Source of the DNA: an uncultured Actinomycetes bacterium | GTDB lineage: Bacteria > Actinomycetota > UBA4738 > HRBIN12 | NCBI GenBank assembly: GCA_963825685.1 | Contig: CAWGUD010000027.1 | Location: 130,538 to 154,537 of the forward strand | Length of the DNA: 24,000 nucleotides | Direction of reading: 5' to 3' | In this document: positions 15,553-23,029 of the stretch, piece after piece | Layout of the letters: the number at the start of each line of letters is the position of its first letter | Numbering within the stretch: the stretch's first letter is position 1 | Notes under the pieces: model-generated | Told to the model about the DNA's origin: nothing | Databases searched by the model: none | Seen by the model: only the letters and a program-made list of their open reading frames with translations | Position numbers and translations under genes: made by a program

Positions 15553-18107
15553 CCACCCACCTCCGCAGGAGGATGCGCCGATGGCTCGGGGAGCGCCTCA
15601 CCGGAGGGCTCGGCGAGCGGGAACGCCACCACCATCGTCAGTCCGCCGCCGGGCGTCTCGTCGGGTGTGAGGGTGCCCCCCATCGCCTGGACGAACCCGC
15701 GAGCCACCGCGAGCCCGAGGCCGACGCCGTCGACACCTGCGCGATCGCCGAGTCGCTGGAACGGTTCGAAGACCCGTTCACGGTCCTCCGCCGGGATACC
15801 GGGGCCACGATCGACCACGCGTAGCTCGACCCGGCCGCTGGCGGCGGATCCGAAGACGCCCACGGGAGCGTCCGGCGGGCTGAACGCCCGCGCGTTCGCG
15901 ACCAGGTTCGCCACCGCACGCTCGAGGAGCGCCGCATCGACGTCGATGCGCGGCAGATCCTCGGGAACGTCGACCTCGACGTCGTGGCCTCGTCCCGGGA
16001 GGCTGGCCAGGGCACGCAGCACCACCTCGTCGAGCCCGACCCTGCTCGGCGTGAGGCGCAACATGCCGCTCTGGATGCGGCTCATGTCGAGCAGGTTGCC
16101 GACGAGCTCGGTGAGCCGGTCTGTCTCTTCCTCGATCGTCGCGAGGAACTCGTCTCGCTCCTCGTCGTCCCACACCACGTCTCGCTGGCGGAGGGAGCTC
16201 GCGGCCGCCTTGATCGAGGCCAGCGGCGTGCGCAGATCGTGCGAGACGGCCGACAGGATCGCCGCTCGCAGGTCACTGACCTCGGAGACCCGCTCGGCCT
16301 CCGCCACGTCGCGTTCCAGCGCCCTCGTCCGCACGGCCGCCGTCAGCTGAGCCGCGAAGGCGGCCAGCACGCGACGCCGATCCGCAGGGAGGCGGCGGCC
16401 GCGGAGGACCAGCACTCCACCGTCCTCGAGGTCGATCGTTTCATCGCCGTCGTCGGGCGAGGCGATCGGCTCACCGGTCGCGGCCTCGACGCGCCACCCC
16501 CGGTCGGTGGTGGGTGTGAGGACCGCGGCGCCCTCGAGCCCGAACGTCGCGACCACCTGCCGCACCAACGTCGGCAGCGGATCCTCCTCCGCCGCGAGCG
16601 ACCCGGCCATCCGCGCGAGCGCCTCGGCCTCACCCCGGCCGCGCGCGGCCTCGGCCCGCGACCGCTCGGCCCGATCGACCAGGATGCTCACGGCGACGGC
16701 GGCGGCGACGAACGCGACGAGGGCCAACAGGTTCTCGGCCTCGGCGATCGTCCACGTGTGGATCGGCGGCGTGAAGAACCAGTTGAGCAGGAGCGAGGCA
16801 GCCACCGCGCTCGCGACCGCGGGCCAGATGCCGCCGACGGCCCCGATCGCGAGCACGAGGATGAAGTAGAGCAGCACATCGGCCGTGAGGCCGAGGGAGC
16901 CACGCGCGGCGGTGAGCGCGAGCGTGAGCAGCGGCAGCCCGACGAGGGCGAGCGCGAACCCCGCGACCTGGCGGGCGGGGGGGAGCCCGACGAGCGCGCG
17001 ACGCCGCTTCGGCGCCCCCCCACCCGCAGGGGCTGCGCTGGAGATCACATGCACGTCGATCGGGCCGGATCGCCGGATCACCCGGTTGATCACCGACCCC
17101 CGGATCAGCTCGGCGACCCGCGACCGATCGCTCTCGCCCAGCACCACCTGGGTGACGTTCTCCGCCCGGGCGACATCGAGGAGCGCGTCCGGCACGCTCG
17201 CGCCGACGACCTCGTGGAACGCGCCACCGAGCGCGCGGACGAGGGTTCGCGTCTCCTCGAGCGCGGCAGCATCGGCGACGCCGTCCTCAGGCACCACATG
17301 CACGGCGACGAGGTCCCCACCGCGCCGCGTGGCCATGCGCGACCCCCGACGGATCAAGTTCTCGTCCTCATCGGGACGACCGGTCACCCCGACCAGGACG
17401 CGTTCGCGCGTCTCCCACGGCCCTTCGATGTCGTGGACCCGCATGTACTCGTGCAGCGACTCGTCGACGCGGTCGGCCATCCACAGGAGCGCCAGCTCCC
17501 GGAGGGCGCCGAGGTTCCCCTCTCGGAAGTAGTTGCCGAGCGCGGCGTCGACCTTCCCGGGCGGGTAGATGTTCCCGTGCGCCATGCGACGGCGGAGCGC
17601 GTGTGGGGTCATGTCGACGAGCTCCTGTTGGTCGGCGGCGCGCACGATCTCGTCGGGGATCGTCTCGCGCTGAGCGACCCCGGTGATGCGCTCGACGACG
17701 TCGTTCACCGACTCGAGGTGCTGGATGTTCACCGTCGAGATCACGTCGATGCCCGCTACCAGCAGTTCCTCGACGTCCTGCCAGCGTTTCGCGTTGCGGG
17801 AGCCCGGCACGTTCGTGTGCGCGAGCTCGTCGACCAACGCGACCTCGGGCGCGCGAGCGAGGAGCCCGTCGACATCCATCTCCTCGAACGTCGAGCCTCG
17901 GTACTCGATCAGGCGGCGGGGCAGGACCTCCAGGTCACCGACCTGCTCGGCGGTGCGCGGGCGACCATGGGTCTCGATGAAGCCGACCACGACGTCGGTG
18001 CCGCGGTCGCGGCGCCGTCGGCCCTCGTTCAACATCGCGTAGGTCTTGCCGACGCCCGCGGCGAAGCCGACGTAGATACGCAGCTCGCCGCGGCGACGAT
18101 CGCTCAT
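15549..18107 (-). CDS. kdpD: Sensor histidine kinase KdpD (full length: KdpD-N, Usp, 4 TM/DUF4118, GAF, HisKA, HATPase_c)
   Basis: 852 aa. Motifs: GELRIYVGFAAGVGKTYAMLNEG (Walker A), FIETHGR, LLLNWFFTPPIHTWTI and H-box SAVSHDLRTPLASIK. Its ATG overlaps the kdpC stop. Confidence 0.95.
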   Translation of the reverse strand: MSDRRRGELRIYVGFAAGVGKTYAMLNEGRRRRDRGTDVVVGFIETHGRPRTAEQVGDLEVLPRRLIEYRGSTFEEMDVDGLLARAPEVALVDELAHTNVPGSRNAKRWQDVEELLVAGIDVISTVNIQHLESVNDVVERITGVAQRETIPDEIVRAADQQELVDMTPHALRRRMAHGNIYPPGKVDAALGNYFREGNLGALRELALLWMADRVDESLHEYMRVHDIEGPWETRERVLVGVTGRPDEDENLIRRGSRMATRRGGDLVAVHVVPEDGVADAAALEETRTLVRALGGAFHEVVGASVPDALLDVARAENVTQVVLGESDRSRVAELIRGSVINRVIRRSGPIDVHVISSAAPAGGGAPKRRRALVGLPPARQVAGFALALVGLPLLTLALTAARGSLGLTADVLLYFILVLAIGAVGGIWPAVASAVAASLLLNWFFTPPIHTWTIAEAENLLALVAFVAAAVAVSILVDRAERSRAEAARGRGEAEALARMAGSLAAEEDPLPTLVRQVVATFGLEGAAVLTPTTDRGWRVEAATGEPIASPDDGDETIDLEDGGVLVLRGRRLPADRRRVLAAFAAQLTAAVRTRALERDVAEAERVSEVSDLRAAILSAVSHDLRTPLASIKAAASSLRQRDVVWDDEERDEFLATIEEETDRLTELVGNLLDMSRIQSGMLRLTPSRVGLDEVVLRALASLPGRGHDVEVDVPEDLPRIDVDAALLERAVANLVANARAFSPPDAPVGVFGSAASGRVELRVVDRGPGIPAEDRERVFEPFQRLGDRAGVDGVGLGLAVARGFVQAMGGTLTPDETPGGGLTMVVAFPLAEPSGEALPEPSAHPPAEVGG

Positions 18108-18664
18108 GGCAGTGGGGCCAGCTCCTCCACCGCGATGTTGAGTTCGAGCACGTTCACGCGGGGCTCCCCGAGGAACCCGAAGGTCCGGCCTTCCGTGTGC
18201 TCATCGATCAGCGCCATCACATCGCTCAGCTCGAGGCCTCTGGCCTCGGCGACCCGCGGGGCCTGCAGACGAGCGTACGCGGGACTGATGTGCGGGTCGA
18301 GGCCGCTGCCGCTCCCGGTCACCGCATCGACCGGCACCTCGGAGGCTCCGTCGGAGGACCGGATCGCGTCGAGCCGCTCGGACACCGCGACACCGAGCTC
18401 CGGGTTCGTCGGGCCGAGGTTCGACGGGGCGCTCGCGGCAGGGTCGAAGGCGTCGGGTCGTCCCACGAACCACGCCGGACCTTCGAAGGCTTGGCCGATC
18501 AGCGACGAACCGACGACCTCGCCGTCGTGTGTGACGAGACTGCCGTCAGCCTGGTCGGAGAAGACGACCCGACCGACCCCCCAGATCGCCAGCGGATACA
18601 GCACCCCGACCACGACGGTCAACACCAACAGCATGCGCAGCGCCGACACGATCGCGCGTCCCAT
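18104..18664 (-). CDS. kdpC: K+-transporting ATPase subunit C
   Basis: 186 aa with an N-terminal TM helix (MLLVLTVVVGVLYPLAIWGVG) and the motifs SSLIGQ.F, GSGLDPHISP and PRVNVLELN. Confidence 0.93.
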   Translation of the reverse strand: MGRAIVSALRMLLVLTVVVGVLYPLAIWGVGRVVFSDQADGSLVTHDGEVVGSSLIGQAFEGPAWFVGRPDAFDPAASAPSNLGPTNPELGVAVSERLDAIRSSDGASEVPVDAVTGSGSGLDPHISPAYARLQAPRVAEARGLELSDVMALIDEHTEGRTFGFLGEPRVNVLELNIAVEELAPLP

Positions 18665-20650
18665 CTACACCACCGTCCCGACGAGGAGGTCGATCAACTT
18701 GATGCCGACGAACGGCGCCACGATGCCCCCCAGCCCGTAGATGCCGAGGTTCCGGCGCAACATGGCGCTCGCCGACTTCGGCGTGTATCGCACGCCACGC
18801 AGCGCCAACGGGATCAGGGCGACGATGATCAACGCGTTGAAGATCACCGCCGACAGGATCGCGGAGTTCGGGCTCGACAGGCGCATCACGTTCAAGGTGT
18901 CGAGTCCGGGGTACACGGCGGCGAACATCGCGGGGATGATCGCGAAGTACTTCGCCACGTCGTTCGCGATCGAGAACGTCGTGAGCGAGCCGCGCGTGAT
19001 CAACAGCTGCTTGCCGATCGCCACGATCTCGATCAACTTCGTCGGGTTCGAGTCGAGGTCGACCATGTTGCCGGCTTCCTTGGCGGCGCTCGTCCCCGTG
19101 TTCATCGCGACGCCGACATCGGCTTGCGCGAGGGCGGGGGCATCGTTCGTGCCGTCGCCGGTCATCGCGACGAGCTTGCCGCCGTCCTGCTCACTGCGGA
19201 TCAGCGCCATCTTGTCCTCGGGCGTCGCCTCGGCGAGGTAGTCGTCGACCCCGGCCTCGGACGCGATCGCCTCGGCCGTGCGGGGATTGTCACCGGTGAT
19301 CATCACGGTGCGGATGCCCATCGCGCGGAGCTCGTCGAAGCGCTGCCGCATACCTTCCTTCACGATGTCCTTCAGGTAGACGACGCCGAGCACCCGATCG
19401 TCCTCGGCCACGGTCAGCGGCGTGCCGCCCTGCACCGAGATGCCGGCGACGATCGTGTCGACCTCCTCGGAGACCGAGCCCCCTTGCTCCTCGACCCAGT
19501 GCCGGATCGAGTCCGCCGCTCCCTTGCGAAGGCTGCGCCCGTCGAGGTCGACGCCGCTCATGCGCGTCTGCGCTGTGAACGGCACGAAATCGGCGCCCTC
19601 CAGGTCGCGCCCGCGGAGCCCGTACCGCTCCTTGGCGAGCACGACGATCGATCGGCCCTCGGGCGTCTCGTCCGCGAGGCTGGTGATCTGTGCAGCATCG
19701 GCCAGCTGTTCGACCGTGACCCCGGGCGCGGGCAGGAACTCCGCCGCCTGGCGGTTCCCGAGCGTGATCGTGCCGGTCTTGTCGAGCAGCAGGGTGTTCA
19801 CGTCGCCCGCCGCCTCGACGGCGCGGCCCGACATCGCGAGCACGTTGCGCTGCACCAACCGGTCCATACCGGCGATGCCGATCGCGGAGAGCAGCGCGCC
19901 GATCGTGGTCGGGATCAGGCAGACGAGCAGCGCGACGAGCACGATGATCGTCTGGCGAGCCCCCGAGTAGATCGCCATCGGCTGCAAGGTGACGGTCGCG
20001 AGCAGGAACACGATCGTGAGGCTCGCGAGCAGGATGTTGAGGGCGATCTCGTTCGGGGTCTTCTGTCGCTCGGCACCCTCGACGAGCGCGATCATGCGGT
20101 CGATGAACGTCTCTCCCGGTCGCGACGTGATCTCGACCACGACGCGGTCGGAGAGCACCTTCGTGCCGCCGGTCACGGCGCTCCGGTCGCCACCCGACTC
20201 ACGGATCACCGGGGCCGACTCGCCCGTGATCGCCGACTCGTCGACCGAGGCCACTCCTTCGACGACCTCGCCGTCGCCGGGGATCACCTGACCGGCCTCG
20301 ACGACCACCCGGTCGCCGGGCGCGAGCAGCGTGCCGGGCACCTCTTCCTCGCGGCCGTCCGGGAGCAGGCGCCGTGCCATCGTCTCGGTCCGTGTCGCCC
20401 GCAGGGCCGCCGCCTGGGCCTTGCCTCGACCCTCGGCCACGGCCTCGGCGAGGTTGGCGAAGACCACCGTGAGCCAGAGCCACACGGTGATCAGCCCGGC
20501 GAAGAGCGACGAGTCGCGGACGAACAGGATCGTGGTCAGCACCGATCCGATCTCGACCACGAACATCACGGGGTTGCGCCACATCTGGCGAGGGTCGAGC
20601 TTGCGGAACGCGTCCGGCAAGGACCGCCACAGCAGCTTGACGTCGAACAT
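18665..20650 (-). CDS. kdpB: K+-transporting P-type ATPase subunit B
   Basis: 661 aa starting [35 protein letters not shown]. It carries DKTGTIT, MITGDN and [18 protein letters not shown]. In the ORF track it is fused to an out-of-frame kdpA readthrough (1170-aa ORF). Its ATG at 20650 overlaps the kdpA TGA. Confidence 0.95.
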   Translation of the reverse strand: MFDVKLLWRSLPDAFRKLDPRQMWRNPVMFVVEIGSVLTTILFVRDSSLFAGLITVWLWLTVVFANLAEAVAEGRGKAQAAALRATRTETMARRLLPDGREEEVPGTLLAPGDRVVVEAGQVIPGDGEVVEGVASVDESAITGESAPVIRESGGDRSAVTGGTKVLSDRVVVEITSRPGETFIDRMIALVEGAERQKTPNEIALNILLASLTIVFLLATVTLQPMAIYSGARQTIIVLVALLVCLIPTTIGALLSAIGIAGMDRLVQRNVLAMSGRAVEAAGDVNTLLLDKTGTITLGNRQAAEFLPAPGVTVEQLADAAQITSLADETPEGRSIVVLAKERYGLRGRDLEGADFVPFTAQTRMSGVDLDGRSLRKGAADSIRHWVEEQGGSVSEEVDTIVAGISVQGGTPLTVAEDDRVLGVVYLKDIVKEGMRQRFDELRAMGIRTVMITGDNPRTAEAIASEAGVDDYLAEATPEDKMALIRSEQDGGKLVAMTGDGTNDAPALAQADVGVAMNTGTSAAKEAGNMVDLDSNPTKLIEIVAIGKQLLITRGSLTTFSIANDVAKYFAIIPAMFAAVYPGLDTLNVMRLSSPNSAILSAVIFNALIIVALIPLALRGVRYTPKSASAMLRRNLGIYGLGGIVAPFVGIKLIDLLVGTVV

Positions 20651-22316
20651 CACGAGAGTCCTTCCACGAGCGGTCCCAGCGACAAGGCCGGGAAGTACGT
20701 CAGCGCCGCGACGATCACGATGACGCCGATCAGCAGCCCCACGAACAGCGGCGAGGTCGTCGGGAAGGTGCCCGACGAGACGGGCACGTGTTGCTTGCGC
20801 GCGAGCGATCCGGCCAGCCCGAGCACGAGCACGATCGAGCCGAACCGCCCCATCAGCATCGCGAGTCCGATCGCCGTGTTGAAGAAGGTCGTGTTCGCAC
20901 CCAGTCCGCCGAACGCGCTGCCGTTGTTGTTCGCGCCCGAGGTGAACGCGTAGAGCACCTCCGAGAGTCCGTGCGGCCCGGGGTTGAAGATCGATGTCAC
21001 GGCGGAGTCGAGCACCACGGCGACGCCCGTGAGCACGAGCACCATCGCGGGAACCAGCAGGATGTAGAGCGAGACCAGCTTCATGTCGGTCGGCTCGATC
21101 TTCTTGCCGAGGTACTCGGGGGTGCGCCCGACCATGAGCCCGGCGATGAAGACGGCGAGCACCGCGAGCACGAGCAGGCCGTACAGACCCGATCCGACGC
21201 CACCCGGCGACACCTCGGAGAGCATCATGTTCACGAGCAGCGACACCGCCCCCGAACGGGGTCATCGAGTCGTGCGCGGCGATCACCGCGCCCGTCGAGG
21301 TGCCGGTCGTTGACGCGGCGAAGGCGGCGCTGACGGGGATGCCGAACCGCACCTCCTTGCCCTCCATGTTGCCGCCCACGACGCCGGCGCCCGCGGCCAC
21401 CTCGACCTGCGGATTGGGCTGGGCCTCGAAGGCCCACGCGAGCAGCACGGAACCGAGCCAGAGCGACGCCATGACCGCGGCGAGCGCGTACCCCTGGCGA
21501 CGGTTGCCGACCATCTTCCCGAACGTGCCGGTGAGCGCGAACGGGATCACCAGGAGCAAGGCGATCTCGAGCAGGTTCGTGAACGGGTTCGGGTTCTCGA
21601 ACGGGTGAGCGGAGTTCGCGTTGTAGAAACCGCCGCCGTTCGTTCCCAGTTCCTTGATCGACTCCTGCGACGCGACGGGACCACCCGGGATCGACTGGTC
21701 CGCGCCCTGCACCGTGGCGATCACCCGTGCCTCGTTGAAGTTCTGCACGACACCCTGGGAGAGGAGCACGATCGCCGCGATGAAGGCGACCGGCAGCAGG
21801 ATGCGGACGGTGGCTCGCACGAGGTCGGCCCAGAAGTTGCCGATCGTCTCGCTCGTGGCCCGGGTGAATCCCCGGATCAAGGCGACGGCGACCGCGATGC
21901 CGACCGCCGCCGAGACGAAGTTCTGCACGGCGAGGCCCACCATCTGCACCAGGTGGCCCATCGTCGACTCACCGGCGTAGGACTGCCAGTTCGTGTTCGA
22001 CGTGAACGACGTCGCCGTGTTGAAGGCCTGGCTCGGCTCGACGCCCGGGAACCCGAGCGAGAGCGGCAGCGACGGCTGCACCCGCTGCAGGAGGTAGAGG
22101 AAGAGCACCGAGACGACCGAGAACGCGAGCACGGAGATCGCGTACCCCGACCAACGCTGCTCTGCCTCGGGGCGCACGCCGGCGAGGCGGAAGATCGAGC
22201 CGTTCGACCCGGAGCGTGCGGGGGGAGTCGAGCGCCCACGCCATGTAGTCGCCGAGCGGCCGGTAGGCGACTACGAGGATCACGATCAGCGCCCCGAGCT
22301 GGATCCAGCCGGCCAT
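20650..22316 (-). pseudogene. kdpA: K+-transporting ATPase subunit A, broken by two single-base insertions (near 22196-22199 and 21246-21253)
   Basis: There are three colinear frame segments. Segment 1 is [39 protein letters not shown] (from 22316). Segment 2 is [27 protein letters not shown]...[11 protein letters not shown]...[20 protein letters not shown]...[11 protein letters not shown]. Segment 3 is [23 protein letters not shown]...[12 protein letters not shown]...[13 protein letters not shown]...[11 protein letters not shown] (to 20650). The 1667 nt equal 555 codons plus 2 bases. Confidence 0.9.
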
Positions 22317-22402
22317 CAGAACCGCTCCGGGAACACGAGGGCGATCACGAGGTAGACGATCAGTCCGAGCGCCAGCACGATGCCCACGACGTCGTCGGTC
22401 AC
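22316..22402 (-). CDS. kdpF: K+-transporting ATPase subunit F (28 aa)
   Basis: Not in the ORF track because it is too short. The GTG at 22402 gives (M)TDDVVGIVLALGLIVYLVIALVFPERF, matching the KdpF pattern (...YL..AL..PE.F). Its stop overlaps the kdpA ATG (TGATG). Confidence 0.8.
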   Translation of the reverse strand: MTDDVVGIVLALGLIVYLVIALVFPERF

Positions 22403-22482
22403 AGCCGATCCACCCCCCGCACGAGCAGCATGAGCGCGGCGAACACCACGAGCGTCACCACCACGAAGATCACATCAGCCAC
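22399..22482 (-). CDS. Candidate 27-aa single-TM micropeptide opening the kdp operon
   Basis: A GTG at 22482 lies 5 nt downstream of a strong GAAGGAGG (22488-22495). It translates to (M)ADVIFVVVTLVVFAALMLLVRGVDRL. Its stop overlaps the kdpF GTG (GTGA). Confidence 0.5.
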   Translation of the reverse strand: MADVIFVVVTLVVFAALMLLVRGVDRL

Positions 22483-22540
22483 GGCGGCCTCCTTCGGTCA
22501 TGGAGCCACGGTAGGACCGAGAACGCTGCGCGGCAGCCGT

Positions 22541-22591
22541 CTTGATGCCCCCTTGACGGGGGCTGTTCGGATCATTGACGCGTCGCTGACG
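22541..22591. promoter_or_regulatory. Array of four phased 7-bp direct repeats (two 7+4+7 units); candidate KdpE operator upstream of the kdp operon
   Basis: Plus strand reads CTTGATG-cccc-CTTGACG (22541-22558) and ATTGACG-cgtc-GCTGACG (22574-22591). Repeat starts are at 22541, 22552, 22574 and 22585, spaced 11/22/11. The array lies 59-109 nt upstream of the first kdp-operon start codon. On the sense strand the repeat reads CGTCAAG. Confidence 0.35.
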
Positions 22592-22630
22592 CCCGACGCT
22601 CGCGCGCGAGCGGGGCCGACCAGGCGGGCC

Positions 22631-22996
22631 TCAGGCGCTGAACTCGAGCCGGGGGTTGATCATCTTGGGCGGACCGCCGCTCCGCTGTTCCCCCAGCACG
22701 CCCTCGACGACGACCTTGGTGCCGAGCGAGAAGCCGCCGATGCCCCGGCGTCCCATGAACACGACGATCGCCTCACCCGTTCCATCGGAGACCAGCGCCT
22801 CGAGCGACTCGTGCCCGCTCATCGGGAGCACCGTGATGCGTCGGATCACGCCGGCGATCTTCACGCGGGTGCGCAGCGGGGCCTCGCCCAGGCGGACGCT
22901 GCCCTGGATCGAGTCCGCCCAGTCCTGGGTCTCGGCCGACAGGCGCGCTTCGTCGCTCTCGGTCAGTCGGTCGAGCCAGCGACGGAGCGCCCCCAT
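22631..22996 (-). CDS. OB-fold nucleic-acid-binding domain protein (Rv2694c-like)
   Basis: 121 aa. The sequence RTRVKIAGVIRRITVLPMSGHESLEALVSDGTGEAIVVFMGRRGIGGFSLGTKVVVEGV is typical of the small actinobacterial OB-fold protein normally syntenic with trkA genes. Confidence 0.75.
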   Translation of the reverse strand: MGALRRWLDRLTESDEARLSAETQDWADSIQGSVRLGEAPLRTRVKIAGVIRRITVLPMSGHESLEALVSDGTGEAIVVFMGRRGIGGFSLGTKVVVEGVLGEQRSGGPPKMINPRLEFSA

Positions 22997-23029
22997 GTCG
23001 TCAGCATCTCTCCCGGGGTTCGCGATACC

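Noticed and set aside
18665-22177. 1170-aa ORF that looks like a KdpA-KdpB fusion protein
   Set aside because: About 200 residues in the middle are out-of-frame nonsense produced by the second kdpA frameshift. The authentic kdpA C-terminus is in ORF 20650..21246, and kdpB has its own ATG at 20650 overlapping the kdpA stop.
22598-22611. Perfect 14-nt palindrome GCTCGCGCGCGAGC, 20 nt downstream of the OB-fold gene stop
   Set aside because: It could be an operator or a small terminator stem. However, alternating CG palindromes of this size are common in GC-rich DNA, there is no second copy, and no partner regulator is evident.
22483-22630. Possible c-di-AMP (ydaO-type) riboswitch or other structured leader upstream of the kdp operon
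   Set aside because: Only about 148 nt are available, and part of that is the 3' flank of the OB-fold gene. I could not find the conserved ydaO pseudo-twofold helices or ACGGGGA-type cores by eye. A covariance-model scan would be needed to exclude it formally.
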